Shown here: one piece after another, positions 1-9,318 of the stretch | How the letters are laid out: each line of letters opens with the position of its first letter | How positions within the stretch are numbered: the stretch's first letter is position 1 | DNA from: Pseudovirgaria hyperparasitica | Taxonomy: Eukaryota | Reading direction: 5' to 3' (one strand) | DNA length: 20,000 nucleotides | NCBI GenBank assembly: GCA_010093815.1 | Contig: ML996572.1 | Program-made: the position numbers and the translations under genes | The notes under the pieces: generated by a model | Databases searched by the model: none | Seen by the model: only the letters and a program-made list of their open reading frames with translations | Told to the model about the DNA's origin: nothing

Positions 1-1750
1 CTTAGATGTTCGCATAGAACGGCATTAATATTCTTTTTCGCTAGGGTCTATCTCTACTAATAGAATCTACGTCTCTAGCCTAATTTATATAAACTCTATA
101 GATAAAACGCAAAGAATAGTACTAACTCGCCTACTATTATCTCGGGGGCGTATAGTATAGTACTTTAAGTTAATTTACTTAATAAGGAAGAGAAGATAGT
201 TAATATAATAGCTCTTATCGCTATAACTTATCTTAACTATTTAGTAACTCTTAAGACTAGGGCTAGTCTAATAGCTATTATCTTATAACTAATTAACCCG
301 ATTAATACTATAACTCGTACTAGCCCTACCCTCTATAATAGTTCTAATAAGGGTTAGAAGATTTAGATAAAGGCGGTTAAAAGGCATTAGCTAACGTACG
401 TTAGCTACTAGCTATAACTAGCGCTTCTATAGGTTATTCTACCGGTTCTAGAACGACTAATAAGCTCTATACCGGCTAGCCTCGGTCTCTTAGTAATAAT
501 AGACGATTTACCTAACTACTATAACTATTCTACTAGGCGTATAATATTTAGGAAGAATTATATAATCTAGACGTTAAAGACGCTTACTATACAGGGGTTA
601 AAGAAGCTTTCTTCTACCTTAGACTAACTAATATAGATACTATTAAACTTATATAGTTTAGTAACGAAACCGGCCTCGCTAGCCTTAACCCGCTACCTAG
701 TAATATTAATAAGAGCCTACCTTCGTAGTTTATAGCGTGCTAAGTAACTAATATATATCTAGTATACTAGATCTAATATAACGTTTATAACGAGGTATTT
801 CTATCGCGAAATAAGCTATTTAAGTACCTTAAGGATAGAAAGTACCTTAAGATAATAATAAAGGCTAAGGTTCCTCTATATAATCGTATAGTTCTAAGAT
901 TAGACGTCGTATATTATAATATCTAGGGTAACGTAGTACTATTATTAGTTAGTAATCTACTAGGTACCGGCTAAGTATATAAAGAATCGTACTATATCTA
1001 AGTTAAGGCCTTACTTAGTCTTAACGGCCCCGTTAAACGCATCTATCTAGACATAGAAAGCGTGGTAACGCTAATTAACTAAGTCTTTCTTAAACAGTAG
1101 AACCCTAATACCTAAATACTTACCTAACTAGCTATTTCTATTTAAGGAGTAGAGGGAGTTAAGCCTATAAAGTTAACTAAGTTCATAGTTATTATACTAT
1201 TTCTCCCGGGCCGAACGTCTAATAGTTTAACTACTATAATAGCGAAAGTAATATACGAAGTATATATCCTTAACTATCTATAGATAGGTCTCCTTCTCGG
1301 AACTAACGTTATAGTATCTTAGAAGATAGATATCTATATAAGTATATATATAATAACTATTGGTACATGTGGCAGGATTACTATACTAACCTTTACTACT
1401 ACTATTCGACTAGTAGTATACTAGGGAGTAACCGTTTCATAGTATACCGTCCTCTAGCTATAAATACTTACGCTAGTTCTAATTATAATCTATCGCTAGC
1501 ACGAGTTAGTTATAGAAGATTATATATTCACCCTAATATATATAAGTATAAGGCTTAGTTAGGGCGGAGGCGTCTATATATATCTTACTAACTAAAATAT
1601 AGCGTATATATTTATTATAAACTATAGATTTAGGTCGGTATATATAAATAAAAATATAAGACTCGGTATATTAACGGACGAAATAGACGCCCTCTACGTA
1701 TTTTAGACTAAAGTAGTCCCTTTAGATAGTATAGAGGGATTATCTATAAA
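1..1750 (+). pseudogene. Ty3/Gypsy element X, 5' half: gag C-terminus, C2H2 zinc finger and aspartic protease in one frame (+3), cut at 1750 by LTR Y
   Basis: Frame +3 reads a gag-like QMFAWNGIDVLFRQ...PTESTSLAQF near the start, CNVCNEVFxSRNKLFKHLKDRKH at 777-845, the protease motif ICLDTGSVVTLIDQVFL from 1041, and LLLGTD near 1290-1307. Confidence 0.85.
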
Positions 1751-1978
1751 TGTAAGAATAGGGTTATTAGATAGTAGTATAGTTAGATAGAATAATAGGG
1801 TGTATTCTATTATAGAACGAATTACTACCGAACCCTTTTAGTAGGAATCCGAGAGTATATATATAAAGGGACGCCGATCTATCTAGTACGTAACTATTTA
1901 CCGCCCTTCACGTTACCTCCTAACCCTGTTAGCTAAGGTACGTGTAGGTCGGGTTCTACCTAAGACTAAGTCCTAACA
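1751..1978 (-). repeat. 228-bp LTR of element Y, inverted copy with intact TG...CA ends
   Basis: Its reverse complement aligns end to end with 17052-17279 at about 93% identity, transitions only. No Y internal sequence lies next to it. Confidence 0.95.
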
Positions 1979-2760
1979 CGATACTTCTAGATATATAGTA
2001 TAGAGATACTATTTACGAGCGTATCCTTATATAATAGATATCTATACGTTCTTATTACCTTAACTTTACTATACTTATATAAGTTCTTCGATAACTACGC
2101 CTTAAAGTTCTCTAGCGCCTTAATCTTCTTATCTACTCTCTCTATACCTATCCGCTAGTCTATTATCTACTTAATAACCTCTATCTAGTCTATATATAGC
2201 GCCGTAGGACTAGAAGCCGTAGCTACTAGAACTAGCTTAGGCGGCGTTACTTCTTAAGGAACTAGTAATATACTAGATAGAGATAAAGAATATTAAGGCG
2301 GAGGGTATATCTAAATAGAATAGGGTAAATAAGGCTAGATATACCTATATAGAATAACCTCTTATTTAAATATACCGTCGCGTTAATAACGTTTTACCTT
2401 ACGATTGTCTATCTACTCCTTATTATATATTCAATCCCGTCTCTCTTTATATCTAGCTTAAGCCTTATTATACTTAGTCTACTATTCTTTACGTTTTATA
2501 TTCTATAATTACTACTTAGTAGTAAATAACTATATATCCTCTTATAACTTTATCTATTTCTCTTTATTAAGCTAACGCTTATTAGAACGCTTCGACTATA
2601 CGCCGATAGACTTATAGTTATAGAATTACTCCTTTAGAAAAGACGGTAGATTCTTAATAGAGATACTCTCCTCTACTTCTATGGTAAGTACGTTTACCTA
2701 GTAGTAGATATCTACGGTTATAATCTTATAGTACTATAATAAATCACTAGCGAGAGCCAT
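1979..2760 (-). pseudogene. RIPed ORF of unidentified repeat element W (gag/ORF1-like N-terminus), truncated by LTR Y
   Basis: ATG at 2760 (MALASDLL...) opens about 260 codons with mostly RIP-type stops. A charged helical segment is followed by a Pro/Ser-rich linker (PPPQYS...VPQEVTPPK). No diagnostic motif was recognised. Confidence 0.5.
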
Positions 2761-2824
2761 AGAAGAATACATAGACTCTAGTACGAGTAGCGTAAGAAAT
2801 AGTATAATATATAGAAGAGGTGCC

Positions 2825-3262
2825 TATAATATAATAGGTAACCTTAGATAATAACCTAAGGCTAAGATAGACACCTATAAGGAGAGCTAATTATAGGTAC
2901 TTAGAATAGGTATTCTAAGTAGTCTACCTAGTAATTAAGAATAGAATATTAGTATTCTAAGTAATATATTAAATACTTAGAATAAGTATTCTAATTAGAG
3001 GACCTTAGTAGAACTATATAGACCCTTTAAGCCCGAACCCTAGAGATAGTTCTATAGTAATTAATTTAAACTTATACTAATATAATTACTACTTTACTCG
3101 CCTACTAGCTAGTTACTATTTATACTCTATTAATACTTACTATAAATCTACTTATACCTCTTAAAGCCTTCTAAGTATCTTTATCTTTAGAAAAGCTAGA
3201 ATACTCTATAGAACGGACTACTTTAGGGATAAGCCGTACCCCTATTAGGAAGGTTTATTATA
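2825..3262 (+). repeat. Probable 5' LTR of Ty3/Gypsy element Z (boundaries approximate)
   Basis: Lies immediately upstream of Z gag. It has RIPed inverted termini (tataata at 2825 or 2830 and tattata ending at 3262), a TATA-like tatata at 3015-3020 and internal palindromes such as tacttagaata-gg-tattctaagta at 2898-2921. The partner LTR is not in the window. Confidence 0.55.
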
Positions 3263-3264
3263 GT

Positions 3265-3273
3265 TTAATTACT
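3265..3273 (+). promoter_or_regulatory. Candidate self-priming primer-binding site (PBS) of element Z
   Basis: ttaattact just after the LTR is the exact complement of agtaattaa at 3056-3064, about 35 nt downstream of the TATA-like box. Confidence 0.5.
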
Positions 3274-3321
3274 TATCTTAGACTCTAAAGTAAGTATTTA
3301 CGCTATCTATTTAAATATAAA

Positions 3322-4000
3322 ATAGTAAATAATAGATAATTCTTATCTTCGCAAACTACCCTACGAGTACTAACTATAGAATAAGTTAGATACCTTATTA
3401 CTAAATTAGGGGAGTAAGTTACGGAGCTCTAAAGGGAAAATATTAAACTTAGAAAAGCTAAAGAGGGCTTTAAAAGAAAAATTCTAGAACCTTTTAAAGG
3501 TAAGCGAAGCGAACTCTAAGGATTCCTAATATAGATTAGAATATACCTCTAGGTCTATTAAATTTAGGACCTAGAAGAATAAGTTATATTTACTACTAGA
3601 CTACTAAAGGAAGACGTACTTATATAGTTTAAGCCCTACTTAAGGGACTTTATAGAAAATAATCCATAGAATTAATAGAATAATACTACTAAGGTCTTTA
3701 AACGCTTTAAAGAATTTAAGGAATATATTAAGATAACTTTTAGAGATATAGATAAATAAAGAATAGCTAAGAGATAGATCTAGTAAATAGTCTAGATAAA
3801 ATCTATATCTAACTACGCCTCTAAATTCTAATAAATCTCTAGTTAGCTAGAATAGGATAATAAACCCCTAATTCTCTAGTTCTATACTAGATTATATAAT
3901 AATATTAAGGACGAAATCTCTAGAGAGAGAGACTATCCTACTAACCTCTAGAAGTATATTAAGCTTATAGTCTAGATTAATAACTAACTATATAAGAGAT
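3322..4000 (+). pseudogene. gag of Ty3/Gypsy element Z (chromovirus-type capsid), interrupted by the LINE
   Basis: Frame +1 reads IPEPFEGKRSELQGFLTQIRMYL from 3481, then DALTWFEPYLRDF, YASKFQQISSQLEWDDEPL and AVRIDNQLYER. Confidence 0.88.
3988..4000 (+). repeat. Candidate 13-bp LINE target-site duplication ctatataagagat (left copy; right copy at 9306-9318)
   Basis: Identical 13-mers directly flank the LINE tail and the LINE 5' end. Confidence 0.65.
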
Positions 4001-4237
4001 ACTATAATAATAATAATATTAGTAAACTAGGTAGAGTACCACTCTATAGGCGCATGCCTCCTCTAGTCTAAGCTACTATATAAGAAGAAACCTACGAATA
4101 GGAAAAACTCCCTTATATCCATAACTACGCTCTATCTATCCTCTTGTTCTTTATATATATATAGCCCTAGGGGCTACCCATGGGCCTATAGCCTATATTA
4201 TAATAGTTTACCCTTAGGTAGCACGTATAGATACGGA

Positions 4238-4272
4238 GATTATTAGTTAAGGGCTGCCCTTAACTAATAATC
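4238..4272. repeat. Perfect palindrome with 17-bp arms and a 1-nt spacer at the LINE ORF2 end
   Basis: gattattagttaagggc-t-gcccttaactaataatc read directly from the sequence. Confidence 0.95.
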
Positions 4273-7200
4273 GCGGTTCTCCCGGGGTTCTTCCGATATA
4301 TACCGGGGTTCTTCCGGCATATATCGGGCTTCTTCTAGTATATATACGCGGGTCTACTAGAACTAGAGGAGAGGAAGGTGTACGAGCATCTATCGGGCGA
4401 CGTCCTTAGAGTACTTATTAAGCTATCGCGTAATATTAGAGGTCCTCGTTATACGGACGAGGGCTTATCTTAGGGTATAGAGGCTAGAGTACGTCGCGAG
4501 GTAGTAGTATATTATACCTCTCCGGCCGTAGTCCTCGCACTAGAGAGATATATCTAGGACACCTCTCTAGTAGAGGTAATATAGGAGATCTATAGCGCCT
4601 ATTCGGGCTTAGAGGAGTATGGATACTTAGGCCTTTATTAGCCCTTTATATATCTATTTACTCGGTTCCTTCTAAGGCTCTCGGATCCATTCTAGATACC
4701 TATCCTATTAGGAGGCCCACTGGGCTTTAAGTACCTCCCTCTATTTATCCTAGATCTATGACCGTATAACGCGGCTAAGCTCCTTAGGGCTCTATTAGCT
4801 CGGGATAGTATCCGGGTTATTTTAAACCTCCTACACGGTCTAGCTCGAGTCCGCCTCTATATAGTATTTATATTATACTCGAGTTTATTCTATAGTAGGG
4901 AGGGCCTAGTAATGCGCGCGGATACGTGTACGTAGTACGGCGAAGGTATATACCCTATCTCCTCTACGTTCTTATGCTTATTATTTAGTAAAGTATATAA
5001 GTCTCTATATCTAGTAGAAGTTCTATATACTTATTACGTTTATCTCGCGTTAGAGGAGCGTTATATTAGTAGCTTTATATACGCTAGAGATAAGGCAGAG
5101 TATACGGTTTTATATAGACTTAAGCTTTGCCCGCTAAGCTTATGTAAGGGCCGTGTACTAGCACTCGTGTCTATATATAAAGGCTAGGCGTACTAGGGAG
5201 ACGTATAGCTATCTCGCCTTATCCCGGGCTATTCCCTACGTAGATACTATAATCCGGTATATAGCGGTTTCTATCTAGAGGGCTCTAGAGACGGCGTGTG
5301 CCACCTATGGTCCCTATTTTAGCTTATTATTAATTATGACGCCGAGTGCTCGTATACTCTATGCTAGTAGTTCTATGAAGGCGTCGATTTAGGGGCGACG
5401 TGCCCCCTCCCTAGTAGCCTATTCTCTATAGTAGTTAATAAAGTATATAAGCTAGTATTTTTTAGGTGCGAATTTTACTCTATAGTGCTTTACCTACTAG
5501 ACGCATTTCTCGTAGTCTCGTTCGAGTCGTGTACATGTTCTACTAGTACTACTATCGACCGTGAGGAGGTATATATCATCTACGTATCCGACTATCTCTA
5601 TATATTCTATTCTCTAAAGGAGGTCTACTATAAAGAAGAGGAAGAGGATCGGGGAGATAGTACTCCCTTACGGGATACCGTATGCCGTCTCCTTATATTC
5701 GCTTCGGTATCCGGGGATATATATTTAAGTAGTCCTTTACGCGAGGAAGGACTATATAAATTATATAATCCACTTAGGTATTCGCCTTATCTAGAGGTTA
5801 TGGATAAGTCTTATATAGTTTACCTTATTAAACGCCCCTACTATATCTAGGGAGAGTAGTATAACGACTCGTCCTTATTTCTATATAGTCTAGATAACCT
5901 TAAGGATATATTAAATGGCTATAATTAGGGAGCTTCCTACCTTCGCCTTCTGGTTTACTAGGAGAAGGCCGTATACCTATGCTACTATACTTATCTTCTT
6001 AGTAATCGTGGCTTCTAGTATCTTACTAAGGTAGAAGAGGAGGGCGATTAGTCTCTATCCCTTCGGCGTGTTTAGGCTCTTCTCTAGTTTTAGGAGTATA
6101 ACTATATATACGGTTCGGAAGCTCTATAGGTAGTATTCTATACGGGCGCACGCTCGGAATATATGGCCTATAATTAGTAAGGTCGCCTATATGGTCCTCT
6201 TAAGGCATCGATTTAGAATTCCGTCTAGCCTAGGCGCTTTATCGTTTAGGAGTATCTTAATAGCGCCGAGTATATCGTCGTCCGTGATTTCCCTAGAGAT
6301 ACTTATAGCTTCCGGGTATTCCGTGCCGTTAATATCTAATAGGTCTACGGGTTCTAGGAGAGGGAATATAACCTCTTATAGGATCTCTGTTTTCTCGAGG
6401 CTCGTAGAGTATATCTTTTCTTAATATATAAGAGGGGGTATAAGTGGTATAGGTATCGGGGAGGCGGTGCTTTTAGCCTATTTTACTATATACCATAGTC
6501 TAGTAGTATTACGTGTGTGTCTATCCGTAACTATACGCTACTATTTATATCGCTTATTACGGAGGACCTTATCTCGTTATCTTCTCGTCTCTCTCTATTC
6601 ATTCTACGCTTTAGGTGTATAGTTATAGTATACGCGTGTATATAATCTCCGGACTTCTCGCCTATACTCTTATACTTAAGGTATGCTTTTCGGGTCTAGG
6701 GGTCTATATATTCGGTACGGTACGTGTTTATCTCTTGCTCCCTAGTACGCCTATAGAAGTGTATTCATGGCCTGGTTGATGGCCGGGCCATTAGATACGT
6801 CGACTATAGACGGGTCTAGGATCGTCGATTCTAGGTCCTTTAGGTACTTTTCCTAGTTAGTGTCCTTCTATAGCTATCGCTCTTATTAGTCTTAAGGGGT
6901 AGATACGTCTATTATAGTCTCTATATATTCGTGGTCGGAGTCTATCTATATAAGGCTTAGGCGGTAGTATTAAGTCCTATTATAAATGTATCTAGTGGCT
7001 AGGGTAAGGTTAAGTGTAGATCCGCCCTTATCTTATTTATATTTTCGCTAGGTAATCTATCCTACTAGTATAAGAAGGTATAGGAAGCCGTAGTATTAGG
7101 TATATAGTTCTCTAGCTCGAAGCTCTTCACGGGTAACGGTTAGTCTACCCTACTAGCTATAATAGAGGTTAAAGTCTTCTAGGAGGATGTGTTATCCTAG

Positions 7201-7551
7201 CTTAGTAGTGCCCTTAAGCATGTTATCCGCCTAAAGCAATCGGTTCTAATTATATATATTATGTATATAGAGGGGTCCGATATTCGTCTAGAGGTATAGT
7301 ATTATCCGGAGGTTATCCCGTTTAGTATATAACTATAATAAGAGTAGAATAGACTTATAGATATGGAAGAGGACTCTCCTCTCCGGTCCTAGGGGGTGTA
7401 TTATATAATATCCTAGGTGTATTATTGGTTTGTTCGTCTGGTAGTGTTTATATAGCTCCTATATAGCGAGTATTATAGCTCTAGTCTCCTTAAGGAGTAT
7501 CGCCTAGTTCTTACGTTTATACTATACGTTTACCTATATAATTAGGAGTAT
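4243..7551 (-). pseudogene. LINE ORF2 (APE endonuclease, reverse transcriptase, CCHC), about 1100 codons; no RNase H recognised
   Basis: IQVNV and LAIQEP (about 7540-7453), GDFNLHH (about 7178-7158), TLDLT, SDH (about 6935), LDIVGAFDKV (about 5850-5821), GIPQGSTISPILF (about 5679-5641), GYVDD (about 5589-5575), LGVIIDNKLKW, STWG and CEDCGRRGTIHHYLATC (about 4540-4490). Start and end are in the same frame. The true stop is ambiguous (4264 or 4243). Confidence 0.92.
4282..4344. repeat. Three tandem 21-bp repeats encoding (H/Y)MPEEPR-like units at the ORF2 C-terminus
   Basis: ccggggttcttccgatatata, ccggggttcttccggcatata and tcgggcttcttctagtatata. Confidence 0.9.
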
Positions 7552-9026
7552 ATCTTAGTCTCTTATTAGGTGCTAGGGAATATATAGACCTATATATTTA
7601 TTCCTCTAAGACGCAACTATCCTCGTGCGGCGGCGGCCTTAGTAATTCCTTAGGGCTATCCTATTATTAGCTTTCTCGGGACGGTTTACTATTCCTAACC
7701 GCTTCCTTATAAGGAGGTAGTCTATAGTAGTAGTATTATAGTAAAGAGAGGAATAGTAGTAGATCGCATTATTTATAGCTACCTTGCTCCCTTTATCCGG
7801 ATTAAGTAGATATATTTAGTAACCTATTTATGTTTCGCGCACGTAGCCGACTACGACGGGTACTTACCGTCGTAGTTAGAGTACTTCGCCGTGTCCCTAT
7901 CCCTCTAGCCCTCTCCTCGTGTCCCGTAGGGGTACTTCTAGGTACTATATTCTTATTAATACTATCTATACCTAGTCTTTTAGGAGTACCGCTATGCCGT
8001 ATACCCGTATCCCTAATAGTTAAAGCACTATATTATCGCCTATGCTCTATCCCATGGTTCCGCCATAAGAAGCTCCCCTTCCACTAGGAATCCCTCTTAC
8101 GTAATTTAATGCGCGAGGGCGGGGTCCTTAAGCTCTACTATTATAGTAGAGTATACCTTCGATCTAGTTTTAATCCCTTATATATTCTTCTACCATGCTC
8201 TTATAATCTTAATCCCTAGGTATTTTCGCTTATTTAACTATTCTATCCGCGTGATATCCTCTTCTCTAATAACCTATCCGCTTACGGGTATAGAGTATAC
8301 CTATATCGGGTATATGGCCGCCCTAATAGAGGCGCCTAGGAAGATACTACTAATCGCGTTCGGATCGCGTGAGATAGTCTACTACGCGATATTCATTATC
8401 GTGGTAAGTACTACTCCTCCTAGCGTGAGTTTAGTAGTAACGACGTTTAACTATATTCCCTTTTATTTATTAATCTTACTTACTATATCCTTTGGGGATG
8501 CTTACTAGACCTATACTAGGGTATCCTTATCCTAGATTACGACGCGTATACTATATACCACGTCGCCGGTCCGGGGGGCCCGTAGTATAGCCTCCGGTAT
8601 TACTACTATTTATACCTATATACTAGGGCGCTTACCTTAAGTAAGTTCCTCCTAGATTCTACGTAGGCTAGCCTCTATTCGGTCGAGCCTACCCTCCGGT
8701 GCTCCTAGTTATATCTTCTTCTCCTCCTCTATAATTCCCTTTAGATTCCGGATAAGGTCCTAGAATATATATAGAAGGGTCTTCTAGCCCTCTCCGGCTT
8801 CCTTCTCTATATATACTACCTAGTAGTTAATATAATCTAGGAGGGTTTCCCCTCTCGGGGTCCCCTTTATTCCGTCTATCTATAGTGGCGTGCGCCTTTA
8901 GGTATGTTCTACGTTTTAGATAGGTATATAGTTACCCTCGGTAATATCGCTATATGGCCTTTTCTATCGTACTGGTGGGGGTATATCCGGTATATACCGG
9001 GGTATATCGGTGCCTAAGGCCGCCAT
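7542..9026 (-). pseudogene. LINE ORF1 (gag-like nucleic-acid-binding protein), about 495 codons
   Basis: ATG at 9026 is in frame with CFNCQGYGHTAQRC (from 8027), CGWCQQEHSTQKC and CSNCDGKHPSWSATC. The end overlaps the ORF2 start in the -1 frame. The stop position is approximate. Confidence 0.88.
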
Positions 9027-9027
9027 A

Positions 9028-9060
9028 TTTATTAGTTAAGGGCTACCCTTAACTAATAAA
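9028..9060. repeat. Second copy of the palindrome (15-bp arms), immediately upstream of the ORF1 ATG
   Basis: tttattagttaaggg-cta-cccttaactaataaa. The 31-bp core differs from 4240-4270 by one G>A. Confidence 0.95.
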
Positions 9061-9318
9061 AGGGGGTCGGCGTATCGGCGTTCTAGTAGCGTGGTCCGTG
9101 CCTCTATCTCCGTGAGGATTTTAAGAGGGTATATATATATCTTTATACGGCGATAACGTCTTGGTTTCGACGCTGCACGTACGTGCGTGTAGTAGTAGTT
9201 AGTGTACTTAGTATACTCTATCGATTAAGGTGTGTATCTCGCTGTATTACCCCGAATGGACCAAGTTAGCCTCTTAGGGATGTAAAAGAAGTTTGTAATT
9301 GATCTCTATATAAGAGAT

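Larger units (their letters stand above)
4001..9305 (-). mobile_element. Full-length Tad-like non-LTR retrotransposon (LINE), RIP-inactivated
   Basis: ORF1 has three CCHC knuckles. ORF2 has APE endonuclease, RT and a C-terminal CCHC. An (ATT)n tail lies at about 4004-4020 and a 13-bp direct repeat flanks the element. Confidence 0.92.

Noticed and set aside
1367..1558. Supplied 63-aa ORF on +
   Set aside because: It is off-frame relative to the X polyprotein in frame +3, and its Tyr/Ser/Ile-rich composition is typical of RIPed DNA.
1751..1978. Ordinary solo LTR
   Set aside because: The flanks ataaa and cgata do not form a TSD and belong to different elements.
4026..4067. Hammerhead ribozyme in the three-stem 3' UTR structure
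   Set aside because: No CUGANGA or GAAA core was found on either strand, even allowing for RIP.
4238..4344. CRISPR array or bacterial terminator
   Set aside because: The context is a eukaryotic retroelement, the repeats are contiguous without unique spacers, and there are no cas genes.
5485..6424. Supplied 121-aa and 77-aa ORFs on +
   Set aside because: They are antisense shadows of LINE ORF2, whose RT motifs are on the - strand.
7830..8508. Two supplied 85-aa ORFs on +
   Set aside because: They are antisense shadows of LINE ORF1.
9236..9265. Faint resemblance on - to U6 snRNA (ttggtc...aatacag)
   Set aside because: The invariant ACAGAGA box is broken and the downstream U6 sequence is absent. 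A branch point plus acceptor fits better.
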